From Bacillota bacterium (lineage in GTDB: Bacteria; Bacillota; Clostridia; TANB77; CAG-465), in NCBI GenBank assembly GCA_023460235.1, contig JAEWRE010000083.1, forward strand, positions 70,565 through 134,564: a DNA stretch of 64,000 bases, read 5' to 3'. The translations under genes were made by a program, and so were the position numbers. Below are positions 19,841 to 29,185 of the stretch, one piece after another. The number at the start of each line of letters is the position of its first letter. Positions within the stretch are counted from its first letter, which is position 1. The notes below the pieces were generated by a model. It made no database searches. It worked only from the letters and a program-made list of their open reading frames with translations, and had not been told where the DNA came from.

Positions 19841-20575
19841 CTAACATTTTTTAGAATCATCACAACTTATATCATCACTATCATTATTACTAAACATTTT
19901 ATCTAAATATCCTGTGTATATACCTTTTAATTCTTTAATCTGATCTTCAGTAAGTGAAACTTTAACATCTGTCTGTGCATCAAGTGTCCCATTATGTACC
20001 CCTATTACTTTACCATTTTTTACAAAAATTACAGTTGGTAAATATAGCCTCTTTATGGTAGGATCATTTAACCCATAATATACATCTAAATAATCATATA
20101 ATATTGAAACAAGTTCATTATATTCCTCTGTTCCCGCTTTATCAACTACTATATTACCATTTTCGTCTAGGTGTTTTGAATCTCTTATTTCTCTTGCATC
20201 ATAATATAATACTTGATGTAAACTTGAATAATTAGATACTACGTCAATAAATGGAGAAATCATTGTCCTACACCAAGGACACTCAGGAAATCCCAAATAA
20301 ATAACTCCTGTACCATTTTTTAAAGTATTTATTACTTCAGTAATATTAGAGTACTTTATTTTATTTGTACCACTAATATTTACATTAATATATTCATTAG
20401 TTCCATCATCTTTTTTCTTACTATTTAAAGTTTCATATTCGTTTTTAAATTTTATTTCATCTGAATTAGAAAAGTTTCCCTTGTTTTCCTTACTATTTAT
20501 TACAATTAAATATATAATAGATACTACTGCAACTAAAAGTATTATAGCAATAGTAATTTTTTGTTTTTTATTCAT
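19841..20575 (-). CDS. membrane-anchored thioredoxin-fold protein (CPWC active site)
   Basis: N-terminal TM anchor, then a thioredoxin fold with FPECPWCRTM. Confidence 0.7.
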   Translation of the reverse strand: MNKKQKITIAIILLVAVVSIIYLIVINSKENKGNFSNSDEIKFKNEYETLNSKKKDDGTNEYINVNISGTNKIKYSNITEVINTLKNGTGVIYLGFPECPWCRTMISPFIDVVSNYSSLHQVLYYDAREIRDSKHLDENGNIVVDKAGTEEYNELVSILYDYLDVYYGLNDPTIKRLYLPTVIFVKNGKVIGVHNGTLDAQTDVKVSLTEDQIKELKGIYTGYLDKMFSNNDSDDISCDDSKKC

Positions 20576-20623
20576 AACACACCTCTTTAAATATATTAAT
20601 AAACATTTGTTTTAAGCTAACAA

Positions 20624-21703
20624 TTAAAGTATCTTTCCTCCACCAAGTACATAGTCATCGATATAAAATACAATTGCCTGTCCTGGAGTAATAGCTCTTT
20701 GTGACTCTTCAAATTCAACTCTTAATACATCTTCATTATCAGTTTTGTATATAGTTGCATTTGATTCCGTAGCACCATATCTTATTTTAGCTTTAACTTT
20801 AATTGGTTCTGTTATACTATCAATTAATATTAAATTAATTTCATTTGCAAATACTTCTTTAGTATAAAGTTCTTTTTCTGATCCTACAATCACTTCATTT
20901 TTTTCTTTATTAAGCTTAATAACGTAAAGAGGATCTTTACTTGATATTCCAAGTCCTCTTCTTTGACCTATTGTATAATTTATAAGTCCATCATGTGATT
21001 TTAATCTTTTACCATTTGTGTCAACTATACTTCCACTTTTTAATTTTATATTTATATTTTCCTTTAAAAATCTAACATAGTCATTATCAGGTATAAAACA
21101 TATTTCTTGACTATCTGGTTTAGTAGCAACATTTAAACCATAGTCAGCTGCTATCTTTCTTATTTCATCTTTAGTCTCAAAATCACCAAGAGGAAATATA
21201 ACATTCGCAATAATTTCCTTAGGAACGTTGTATAGTACATATGATTGATCTTTCTTTAATGACTTAGACTTTTTTAGTACATATCTATTATATTTTTCAT
21301 CATATTCAGTTTTAGCATAATGTCCTGTTGCAATATAATCTATTCCAAGCTCTTTTGCCTTTTCATACATTAATTCAAACTTCATATATTTATTACATTC
21401 AATGCATGGATTTGGTGTTTTAGCATCTAAATATTTTTCAGTAAAATCTTTTATTACTTTTTCTTTAAATTCTTCTTTAAAGTTTAATACATAATGAGGT
21501 ATACCCAACTTATTGCATACTCTTTTTGCATCAAGAGTTGAAGATAAATTACAACATCCACCTTGGCAATCATCATACTTTTCATCTTCCCAAAGTTTCA
21601 TTGTAGCACCTATTACTTCGTATCCTTGATTTTGTAATAATATGGCTGATACTGAACTATCTACACCTCCACTCATTCCAAGTAAAACTTTTTTCTTTTC
21701 CAA
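20624..21703 (-). CDS. mnmA: tRNA-specific 2-thiouridylase
   Basis: PP-loop SGGVDSS. MnmA-like length. Paired with a cysteine desulfurase upstream. Confidence 0.9.
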   Translation of the reverse strand: MEKKKVLLGMSGGVDSSVSAILLQNQGYEVIGATMKLWEDEKYDDCQGGCCNLSSTLDAKRVCNKLGIPHYVLNFKEEFKEKVIKDFTEKYLDAKTPNPCIECNKYMKFELMYEKAKELGIDYIATGHYAKTEYDEKYNRYVLKKSKSLKKDQSYVLYNVPKEIIANVIFPLGDFETKDEIRKIAADYGLNVATKPDSQEICFIPDNDYVRFLKENINIKLKSGSIVDTNGKRLKSHDGLINYTIGQRRGLGISSKDPLYVIKLNKEKNEVIVGSEKELYTKEVFANEINLILIDSITEPIKVKAKIRYGATESNATIYKTDNEDVLRVEFEESQRAITPGQAIVFYIDDYVLGGGKIL

Positions 21704-21807
21704 TTTTTTTCCTACTTTCTACTTACCTTTTATTATTATATCATTTTATAAATAAATTGTAAACTACAATTTTAAATATAAAAACTGCATATTAAATATG
21801 CAGTAAA

Positions 21808-22944
21808 TTATCTTAACCTATTTATTATTTTAATTACAGATTTAACTAAGAATTCTACATCTTCCATAGTATTATCGTTTCCAAAAGAAATTCTAAGTGA
21901 AGATTTTGCAAGTTCGTCATTAAGATTAATTGCTTTTAATACATGGGATGGTTCAAGACTACCTGATGTACATGCACTTCCACTAGAAGCACAAATCCCA
22001 ATTAAATCTAAATTAAATAGTAATGAATCCCCTTTTATACCTTTAAAAGAAAAATTTGCATTTCCTGGTAGTCTTTTATCCCTATCCCCATTTAGATAGC
22101 TTTCTGGTATTGATTTTTCAATCATACTTATGTAATAATCTCTCATTTCTTCTAGATGCTCAATATTGTGTGTTATATTATCATTTGCAATTTGAGCTGC
22201 TTTTGCAAATCCTACTATTCCAGCAACATTTTCAGTACCTGCTCTTTTATTTCTTTCTTGATGTCCACCATTTATTATTTTATCAAATTTAATTCCACTC
22301 TTTACATATAATGCCCCTACACCTTTTGGACCATATATCTTATGTGCGGATATTGACATCATATCAAAACCTAATTCTTTTACATCAATCTTTGTATTTC
22401 CAAAGGTTTGTACTGCATCAGTATGAAATACTACATTATGTTTCTTACAGATATCACTTATTTCTTTTACTGGTTCAATAGTTCCAATTTCATTATTTGC
22501 AAACATTATAGTTACTAAAATAGTATTTTCTTTTATTGCATTTTCAAGTTCTCTTAAATCAACTATACCACATTCATCTACATTTAAATATGTAATTTCA
22601 AATCCTTGAGTTTCTAAAAATTCACAAGTTTCCAAAACAGCATGATGTTCTATTTTTGAAGTAATGATATGATTTCCTTTATGTTTATTTGCATAAGCAT
22701 AACCTTTTATAGCAATATTATCAGCTTCACTCCCACTACCAGTAAAATATATTTCTAAAGGATTACAATTGATTATTTCAGCAATTTTTTCACGTGCATC
22801 TTCAATAGTGTTTTTTGCTTTTTGACCTAAACTATATAATGAAGAGGGGTTCCCATACTCCTCACTCAAATATGGAACCATAGCATCTAATACTTCTTTT
22901 TTTACTTTAGTTGTGGCTGCATGATCAAAATATTTAATATCCAT
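21808..22944 (-). CDS. cysteine desulfurase (class V aminotransferase, NifS/IscS-like)
   Basis: PLP-lysine region SISAHKIYGPKGVGALY and active-site loop SSGSACTSGS. Confidence 0.85.
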   Translation of the reverse strand: MDIKYFDHAATTKVKKEVLDAMVPYLSEEYGNPSSLYSLGQKAKNTIEDAREKIAEIINCNPLEIYFTGSGSEADNIAIKGYAYANKHKGNHIITSKIEHHAVLETCEFLETQGFEITYLNVDECGIVDLRELENAIKENTILVTIMFANNEIGTIEPVKEISDICKKHNVVFHTDAVQTFGNTKIDVKELGFDMMSISAHKIYGPKGVGALYVKSGIKFDKIINGGHQERNKRAGTENVAGIVGFAKAAQIANDNITHNIEHLEEMRDYYISMIEKSIPESYLNGDRDKRLPGNANFSFKGIKGDSLLFNLDLIGICASSGSACTSGSLEPSHVLKAINLNDELAKSSLRISFGNDNTMEDVEFLVKSVIKIINRLR

Positions 22945-22968
22945 AATAAATCCTTTCTAAATATAATT

Positions 22969-23886
22969 TTACAAAAATAAATAACTAAAAATTTCTAATA
23001 TTATTCCTGAAGTAACTGCTATTAAATACATTATTCCTGCAATTTTTATATTTTCTTTTTTATCCTCATTTACTTTAAATAACACGGCAAGACCTACTCC
23101 TGCTCCTGAAACAAGTCCAGCAATTATTGAAGCAAATGTTATATTTCCTGCTAAATAAAGTTGTGTTAATAGTATTGATGAAGCACAATTTGGTATCATC
23201 CCTATTAATGCGACTATTATTGGTTGATATACACTTCCTGTTAACAATAAGGAAGAAAGTCTATCTTCACCAATTAGATATATAATAAAATTTAATATAA
23301 AACTAAATATAATTATATAAATAAAAATGTTTACTGTATGTTTTAGAGCAGATCTAAATATTCCATGCTCTTCACAATCACAATCTGAATCACTACACAT
23401 ATGATGTATATGTTCTTCAATCTCATCATCTTGTTTTATATTAACTTTTGTTAACTTTTTATTATTTGCTTTAGTTATAACTATATCAATTATAGTACCC
23501 GCTATAACTGCTATAATTACTTTTATAATTAGTATTTTTAATATATCTGGTAAACTACCTGGACTTGATAAAAGTATGGGTATAGCTTCATCAGATGTAG
23601 AAACGAATACAGCAACAAGTGTTCCTAAAGTAATTATTCTACCTGCATATAGATTAGCAGCTGTTACTGAAAATCCACATTGTGGTATTGTTCCAAGTAA
23701 TGCTCCTATAAAATTACCAAATTTCCCTGATTTCTTTAAAGCATTGTTTATCTTATCTGATCTTTTATGCTCAATATATTCTATTATTATGTATGACAAT
23801 AGTAAAAACGGTAACATTTTTACTGAATCGATTAGAGTATCTAAAATTAATTCTTTCACGTTATTCCCCCACAAACTCATGTACAT
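22969..23886 (-). CDS. putative permease of the DUF318/ArsP-like family with internal duplication and a His/Cys-rich loop
   Basis: Two homologous halves, each with a GxIPxC(G/A)xS motif (GTIPQCGFS / GMIPNCASS), separated by HIHHMCSDSDCDCEEHG. Confidence 0.45.
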   Translation of the reverse strand: MYMSLWGNNVKELILDTLIDSVKMLPFLLLSYIIIEYIEHKRSDKINNALKKSGKFGNFIGALLGTIPQCGFSVTAANLYAGRIITLGTLVAVFVSTSDEAIPILLSSPGSLPDILKILIIKVIIAVIAGTIIDIVITKANNKKLTKVNIKQDDEIEEHIHHMCSDSDCDCEEHGIFRSALKHTVNIFIYIIIFSFILNFIIYLIGEDRLSSLLLTGSVYQPIIVALIGMIPNCASSILLTQLYLAGNITFASIIAGLVSGAGVGLAVLFKVNEDKKENIKIAGIMYLIAVTSGIILEIFSYLFL

Positions 23887-23983
23887 TAAATTATACTATA
23901 ACAAGTAAATAAAGTCAATAATAGTGATAATTTATACTAAAATATTACATAAAAATGGTCCACTTAAAAAAGTGAACCATTTC

Positions 23984-24193
23984 TTAAGGCTTATCATATA
24001 CTTTGGGATATCTTTTATAAAATATCTTCATGCACACTATAAGACATATAGGAAATAATAACAATTCAATTATAAACATTACTTTCCCTAGCAACCATTT
24101 TATAAACTTAAATATAAAATCCGCTGTTGTCTTGAGTACCATTTTAAGACCATAAGTCAATTCTTTACTGTACCGTATTATACATTTTTTCAT
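23984..24193 (-). CDS. small hydrophobic protein (69 aa)
   Basis: RBS AGAAGGGAG 10 nt upstream of the ATG. One or two TM helices. Confidence 0.3.
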   Translation of the reverse strand: MKKCIIRYSKELTYGLKMVLKTTADFIFKFIKWLLGKVMFIIELLLFPICLIVCMKIFYKRYPKVYDKP

Positions 24194-24217
24194 ACTGACT
24201 TAAACTCCCTTCTTTTT

Positions 24218-24304
24218 TTATTTTGTTGAAGGAATTATGAATAATATAAAATAGCACATTACCATTCTCAAAGAGTATTCAAACTTGTCAATAATTTTTT
24301 TCAT
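24218..24304 (-). CDS. candidate 28-aa micro-ORF (MKKIIDKFEYSLRMVMCYFILFIIPSTK)
   Basis: Strong RBS AAGGAGTGA 5 nt upstream of the ATG. Stop lies 24 nt before the next gene's ATG. Not in the ORF table because it is under 60 aa. Confidence 0.2.
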   Translation of the reverse strand: MKKIIDKFEYSLRMVMCYFILFIIPSTK

Positions 24305-24387
24305 ACTATCACTCCTTCAAATATTTTGGAATATACCGGTTATTTTGTTATAGATATTATACTACTTTTTTTCAAATAATGCAAATA

Positions 24388-24612
24388 TTATTCAGTATCG
24401 GTATTTTTTTCTGTATTATTTGTAGTGTTTTGTCTATTTGTATCACTATTTTTATCTCTATTTGGTGGACCCATTCTTTTATCGTTTTGATTAATATTTC
24501 TAAATTTCTCTGGAATATTTACACTTTCATTTTTATATTTTACTAACAATATTCCTGTAATTATATTTGTAATTAGCAGCACTACAATAATTATATTTTT
24601 AATTTTTTTCAT
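24388..24612 (-). CDS. small membrane-anchored protein (74 aa) with an Asn/Thr-rich tail
   Basis: AGGAGG RBS, N-terminal TM helix, low-complexity C-terminus. Confidence 0.35.
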   Translation of the reverse strand: MKKIKNIIIVVLLITNIITGILLVKYKNESVNIPEKFRNINQNDKRMGPPNRDKNSDTNRQNTTNNTEKNTDTE

Positions 24613-24689
24613 GTCATCCTCCTAAAATATATTTATACTTCATACTATTTTGTTATTCAACTATAATTACTTATTTCACCAAAGTTTCA

Positions 24690-24730
24690 CAAAAAAGCTA
24701 GATAAGTTAATATCTAGCTTTCTTTTTTTT
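24690..24730. terminator. bidirectional hairpin terminator
   Basis: aagctagata / tatctagctt 10-bp stem with a T-run on the plus side and an A-run upstream. Confidence 0.5.
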
Positions 24731-25025
24731 CACCTATAGCTTTAAATTCACCTTTATTGGTTTTTATTGCAGCCTCTAGTTTATTTTCTAATATCTCACA
24801 TTCCATATCATAAGCAATTTTGCCAACTATTGATTCGATTTCACCATTAAATTTACCTACATTTCCATCCATCTTGCCATCTACTCTTAAAAATTCATTC
24901 CCATCAAAACTAATAGTACATGCAACATCATCAATACCTGTTCTTGTAAAAAATGCATTACCTTTTTTCTTGCCTATTAAAGTATCAACTGAAATATCAT
25001 AATTTCCATCAATCATAAATATCAA
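24714..25025 (-). CDS. hypothetical protein (103 aa), possibly bactofilin-like
   Basis: Short Gly/Asp-punctuated repeats (DGNEF..DGKMDGNVGKFNGEI). Weak assignment. Confidence 0.35.
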   Translation of the reverse strand: MIFMIDGNYDISVDTLIGKKKGNAFFTRTGIDDVACTISFDGNEFLRVDGKMDGNVGKFNGEIESIVGKIAYDMECEILENKLEAAIKTNKGEFKAIGEKKES

Positions 25026-25086
25026 CTCACTTCTTATATATTTATATTATAATTAATGGTATTTTATGAGTAGATTTGAATTTTTG

Positions 25087-25764
25087 TTATATTTTCGGCA
25101 TAATCTCTAATAATATTGTATTTAATTTATTAATTGCAATGTCTAGAAAATCTCTAAATTCAACAGCATTTCCACTATCTGATATAGCTCTTATAGAGCA
25201 AAATTCAACGTTGTTTTGATTACATACGTGACATATACTTGCGCTTTCCATATCAACTGCAATTATATTGTCAAAATTTTCTCTTAAAATATTCAGTTGT
25301 TCTTTTTTATCAACAAATTTATCAGATGAAGCAATGACTCCAAGTACAGCATTATCTTTTTCTTCTAAATGTTCATATATTTTTTTACTTATAGCCTCAC
25401 TACATGGCATATATACTTTATTAATACCAAAAATATATCCAAGTTCATAGCCAAGTGATGTTGTATCAGAATCAAATTCAACAGTTGAAGTAGATATTGC
25501 AATACCTCCTAAATTAAGTTTATCTGATACCCCACCTGCAACACCAACATTGATAATTAATTTAGGCTTATATTTTAATATCATTGTTTGAGTACAGATT
25601 GCAGAATTTACCTTTCCTTCAGAACACTTTGAAAGTACAACAGGAATATTGTTTATTTTACCAGTATAAAAATAAATATCTGATATTTTTGTAGTCTTTA
25701 AATTTGTTATTTCAGATTTTAATTTTTCTACTTCTTCATCCATAGCTCCGATTATACCAATCAT
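25087..25764 (-). CDS. mtnN: 5'-methylthioadenosine/S-adenosylhomocysteine nucleosidase
   Basis: MIGIIGAMDEE start and PNP/UDP-phosphorylase-fold motifs. Confidence 0.9.
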   Translation of the reverse strand: MIGIIGAMDEEVEKLKSEITNLKTTKISDIYFYTGKINNIPVVLSKCSEGKVNSAICTQTMILKYKPKLIINVGVAGGVSDKLNLGGIAISTSTVEFDSDTTSLGYELGYIFGINKVYMPCSEAISKKIYEHLEEKDNAVLGVIASSDKFVDKKEQLNILRENFDNIIAVDMESASICHVCNQNNVEFCSIRAISDSGNAVEFRDFLDIAINKLNTILLEIMPKI

Positions 25765-25765
25765 T

Positions 25766-27175
25766 TTATACCTCCTTATTTCTTATATATTCTTTTTGTT
25801 CTTTTGACATCTTTTCTGTTGCATAGCTCAACAATATGCTAGGCAATTTTTTATTATTATTTTTCTCTTTAAGATATTTGATTATAGCATCATTATCTTT
25901 TTTATATATTTCCCTTAAAACCCATCCTGTTGCTTTTTGAAATAGATGATAATCTTCATATATAACTAAATCACAAATATATAATGGTAACTCAGTATCA
26001 GAATCTCTTACTAAAGTTAAAAGAGACACTATTCCAATTCTTCTTACCCACATTCTATCATCATTTATATATTTAAGTATGACTTCTTTTTTATCGTCAT
26101 TACTAAGTTTTAAAAGATATTTTCCAACTATATTTGGTCCAACTTCATCAGTTAAATCCCAATTATTTATATATGTAATATTTTGCCATACAAAATCTAC
26201 AATATTTTTCATCTCTTCTAAATCATTTTCTCTAGAAATTATCTCGTTTATACAAAATATTGCAAACCTTCTATAATCATGATACTTTGAAGTAATAAAT
26301 TTTTGAAGAACATTAATATCTAAGTATTTGTACCACTTTCTTGCTACTAAACGTATATCTGGTACACTTATACCAAGCAAAATATCTCCTTCTCCATATC
26401 CACCAGGTATTATCTGTAATATCTTTGTATCTAATTCAAGATTACCGTTTCTTGGAGATAGTTCAATTGAATTTATTATATTAATTTCAAGTATTCTTCT
26501 ATATAATATGTCTAATGTAGAGTCTTTTGTTAAATAACTTCCAATAACTAAATTATCACATAATCTACGGATAGGCTCAGATATAGTATCAAAGTTTATA
26601 CCACCATCTACCTGAATTATTTTGTCTCCAAATTTTTCTTTTGCATCTGATAATTTAAAACCAACATTTTCTATATATTCTTGACCACCATATCCTGGTT
26701 CAACACTCATAACTAATAACAAATCAAATACATCTATATACTTACCTAAAGTAGCCATATTGGTTTCTGGTTTTATAGAAACACCAATTGTTATATTTCT
26801 TTCTTTTATACTTTTAACTTTCTTTTTTAAATATGTTAGTGCTTTTTCAAATTCTTTTATTTCTCTATGAATAGTAACATTATCAGCACCGTATTCAATA
26901 GCTTTATCTATATATCCATCTTCTATTGGGTTTTCAACCATTAAATGTACATCTACAAAGAATCCAAACTCTTTTACTACTTTTATTTTTTCAAGATCAA
27001 CTCCAGTATTTGATACAAATTTTCCATCCATAACATCAAAATGTACATTAATATTAAGTAGGTCTTGAATTTTAGTACTTATTTTTTCAAGTCTTGAATT
27101 TACTTCTTTTACTTTATTTAAGAAGCTCTCTAACTGCTCAACATTTAATATTGATATAGATATAGTTTTAGCCAT
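25766..27175 (-). CDS. rpe: ribulose-phosphate 3-epimerase fused to a C-terminal DNA-alkylation-repair (AlkD-like HEAT-repeat) domain
   Basis: N-terminal roughly 225 aa carry Rpe motifs (HFDVMDGKFV, VDVHLMV, LVMSVEPGYGGQ, VDGGIN). C-terminal roughly 240 aa match the AlkD/DNA_alkylation family (DDRMWVRRIGIVSL, ATGWVLREI). Overlaps mtnN by 1 nt. Confidence 0.7.
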   Translation of the reverse strand: MAKTISISILNVEQLESFLNKVKEVNSRLEKISTKIQDLLNINVHFDVMDGKFVSNTGVDLEKIKVVKEFGFFVDVHLMVENPIEDGYIDKAIEYGADNVTIHREIKEFEKALTYLKKKVKSIKERNITIGVSIKPETNMATLGKYIDVFDLLLVMSVEPGYGGQEYIENVGFKLSDAKEKFGDKIIQVDGGINFDTISEPIRRLCDNLVIGSYLTKDSTLDILYRRILEINIINSIELSPRNGNLELDTKILQIIPGGYGEGDILLGISVPDIRLVARKWYKYLDINVLQKFITSKYHDYRRFAIFCINEIISRENDLEEMKNIVDFVWQNITYINNWDLTDEVGPNIVGKYLLKLSNDDKKEVILKYINDDRMWVRRIGIVSLLTLVRDSDTELPLYICDLVIYEDYHLFQKATGWVLREIYKKDNDAIIKYLKEKNNNKKLPSILLSYATEKMSKEQKEYIRNKEV

Positions 27176-27196
27176 GTTTTTTCTCCCTCTTAATTT

Positions 27197-28108
27197 TTAT
27201 TTATATTTTTTATCTTCTTTTTCTTTTAATTTTTCATAAATATATATGTATCTATTGTATCTTTCCTTATCTATTATGCCATCTTTTACTTTTCTTTTTA
27301 TATCACATACTGTTTCATCTTCTTTTATATGAGTACAGTCAGCATAATCGCATTTTGAATTATAGAACTCAGGATAATAGTTTTTTAACTCTTTTGCTTC
27401 CACATCATATAACTCATAACTTGAAAAACCAGGTGTATCTAATATATATGTGTCTTTTTTTATTTGATATAGTTTTACATATTTTGTAGTATGCCTGCCT
27501 CTATTATTTTTATCACTTACTGAATTAATTTCTATATTTTCTTCATTTACAATTTCCATAGTAATACTTGATTTGCCAACACCCGAATTTCCTGAAAATG
27601 CAGAAGTTTGGTTTAATATTTTATTTATTAATTCATCAATACCTATTTTTTCTTTCGCACTAGTATATATAATTTCAATTCCAATTTTTGAATATACGTC
27701 ATTGATATACTTTATATTTATATCAACCTGTTCATTTTGTATATCAATTTTATTTACACAAATTATGGGATTTATATTATGGGCAAAGCAAAATGCTATT
27801 TGTTTATCAAGTAACATATAATCAGGTTCTGGATTAAATATAGATAATACTATAACAAGATTATCTATATTTGATACGGGAGGTCTTATTAATTCATTTT
27901 TTCTTTTTTCAACTTCTTGTATTACAAATCTATCATAAAGTTTTTCAACTATTACGATATCTCCTACTAAAATATTTGTTTTTTTCTTTATATTTCCTCT
28001 TGTAAATACATCAATTATCTCATTTTGCTTATCATTTTCAATTAATTTAACTATATATTTATCAAGTAATATCTCTGTTATTTTTCCTCTTAGCATATTA
28101 TTTTTCAT
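27197..28108 (-). CDS. rsgA: ribosome small-subunit-dependent GTPase A
   Basis: Circularly permuted GTPase (G4 NKID before G1 GNSGVGKSS) with C-terminal Zn-finger cysteines. Conserved rsgA-rpe neighbourhood. Confidence 0.9.
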   Translation of the reverse strand: MKNNMLRGKITEILLDKYIVKLIENDKQNEIIDVFTRGNIKKKTNILVGDIVIVEKLYDRFVIQEVEKRKNELIRPPVSNIDNLVIVLSIFNPEPDYMLLDKQIAFCFAHNINPIICVNKIDIQNEQVDINIKYINDVYSKIGIEIIYTSAKEKIGIDELINKILNQTSAFSGNSGVGKSSITMEIVNEENIEINSVSDKNNRGRHTTKYVKLYQIKKDTYILDTPGFSSYELYDVEAKELKNYYPEFYNSKCDYADCTHIKEDETVCDIKRKVKDGIIDKERYNRYIYIYEKLKEKEDKKYK

Positions 28109-28196
28109 TATTAAATTTACTCCTAATTATATTTTTAGTATATCATTTTATAATAAATATAGCAAGAAAAAATATTAATTAAATTTGATTTTTTTC

Positions 28197-28225
28197 TTGA
28201 CAATGTTTATATATTATTGTATAAT
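28197..28225 (+). promoter_or_regulatory. consensus sigma-A promoter of the tRNA gene (TTGACA -17- TATAAT)
   Basis: Perfect -35 and -10 hexamers with a 17-nt spacer, 20 nt before the tRNA 5' end. Confidence 0.6.
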
Positions 28226-28245
28226 TAAGTACGTTGAAGGTATTT

Positions 28246-28322
28246 GGCGGCATAGCTTAGTTGGCTAGAGCGTTCGGTTCATACCCGAAAGGTCACAGGT
28301 TCGACTCCCGTTGCCGCTACCA
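28246..28322 (+). tRNA. tRNA-Met (anticodon CAT; elongator type by similarity to Bacillus tRNA-Met)
   Basis: 77-nt cloverleaf GGCGGCATAGCTTAGTTGGCTAGAGC...GGTTCATACCCG...GGTTCGACTCCC...ACCA with a CAT anticodon loop and encoded CCA. Confidence 0.9.
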
Positions 28323-28386
28323 TTTAAATGTAAAATATACATTCAATGTATATATTTTCATTTAATTTTATTTTTTAACACACATT

Positions 28387-28410
28387 CAAGACTTAGGTCT
28401 TGATTTTTTT
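28387..28410 (+). terminator. rho-independent terminator of the tRNA transcript
   Basis: caagac-tta-ggtcttg hairpin followed by ATTTTTTT. Confidence 0.6.
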
Positions 28411-28418
28411 ATACAACA

Positions 28419-28451
28419 TAGAATGAGGATGATAAAATCATCCTCATTCTA
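28419..28451. repeat. perfect 15-bp inverted repeat with a 3-nt loop (tagaatgaggatgat aaa atcatcctcattcta)
   Basis: Seen directly. No flanking U-run on either strand. Lies between the tRNA terminator and the end of a minus-strand gene. Confidence 0.5.
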
Positions 28452-28468
28452 TAAAAACCAATATTCTT

Positions 28469-29002
28469 TTATAGATTTTCCTTAAGAAAATCTATTAGTA
28501 TCGGTAGCTTTTTTATCCCAACACCTCTAACAATACTCAAAACTTTTTTCGGATTGTTAACTGCATCATCTAGTAATTGTCTTATAAAAATATAATTGAC
28601 ACGCCATGCATCATCTATTATATCTTTGAGTTTACTAGGAGCTTTAACCTCATTTAATGATATTAAAGTAAATGGCTTATGTTCAGGGTCAGCTTCTAGA
28701 AGCCTTTTATCAATACCAGCAATTATATCTTTTTTTAGCAACAGGGAGTCTTTAATTAAATTATCATTCATATCATAGAAAGATATAAAAAACATATCTT
28801 CAAAGTTTGGAATTATAATATTAAATTCTAATAACTCCTTATATACTTCTAATATCATATTAGTCTCAATACTTCTAATTTGCCGTTCTTCTGAAATGTC
28901 ATCTTTTAATTTTTTAAACAACTCCATTAAGTATACTTCTCTTTTATTTGATAATAATTCAACACTTAGTTCCCTTAAAGCATCATTAACTTTGCTAGTC
29001 AT
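28469..29002 (-). CDS. hypothetical protein (177 aa) with a C-terminal helix-hairpin-helix-like motif
   Basis: C-terminal LSIVRGVGIKKLPILIDFL resembles an HhH motif (LxxIxGIGxxxAxxI). The rest is unassigned. Confidence 0.4.
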   Translation of the reverse strand: MTSKVNDALRELSVELLSNKREVYLMELFKKLKDDISEERQIRSIETNMILEVYKELLEFNIIIPNFEDMFFISFYDMNDNLIKDSLLLKKDIIAGIDKRLLEADPEHKPFTLISLNEVKAPSKLKDIIDDAWRVNYIFIRQLLDDAVNNPKKVLSIVRGVGIKKLPILIDFLKENL

Positions 29003-29185
29003 ACTTTTTAAAATCCTCCTTATTTATTTTGATTCAGACACTGTATTTATACATGTACTATTATATCACGCCATCGTAATTATGTAAAGTAGGAGCTTTA
29101 TTTCATTATTCATATTTTGGATATATTATAATAAAAAAGATATTCACATCACTGAATACCTCTTAACTTACAAATATCATATTAT

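Noticed and set aside
28419-28451. Perfect 15-bp hairpin as the terminator of the 28469..29002 gene
   Set aside because: On the minus strand the hairpin is followed by UGUUGUAU rather than a U-tract. The tRNA terminator at 28387-28410 is the convincing terminator here.
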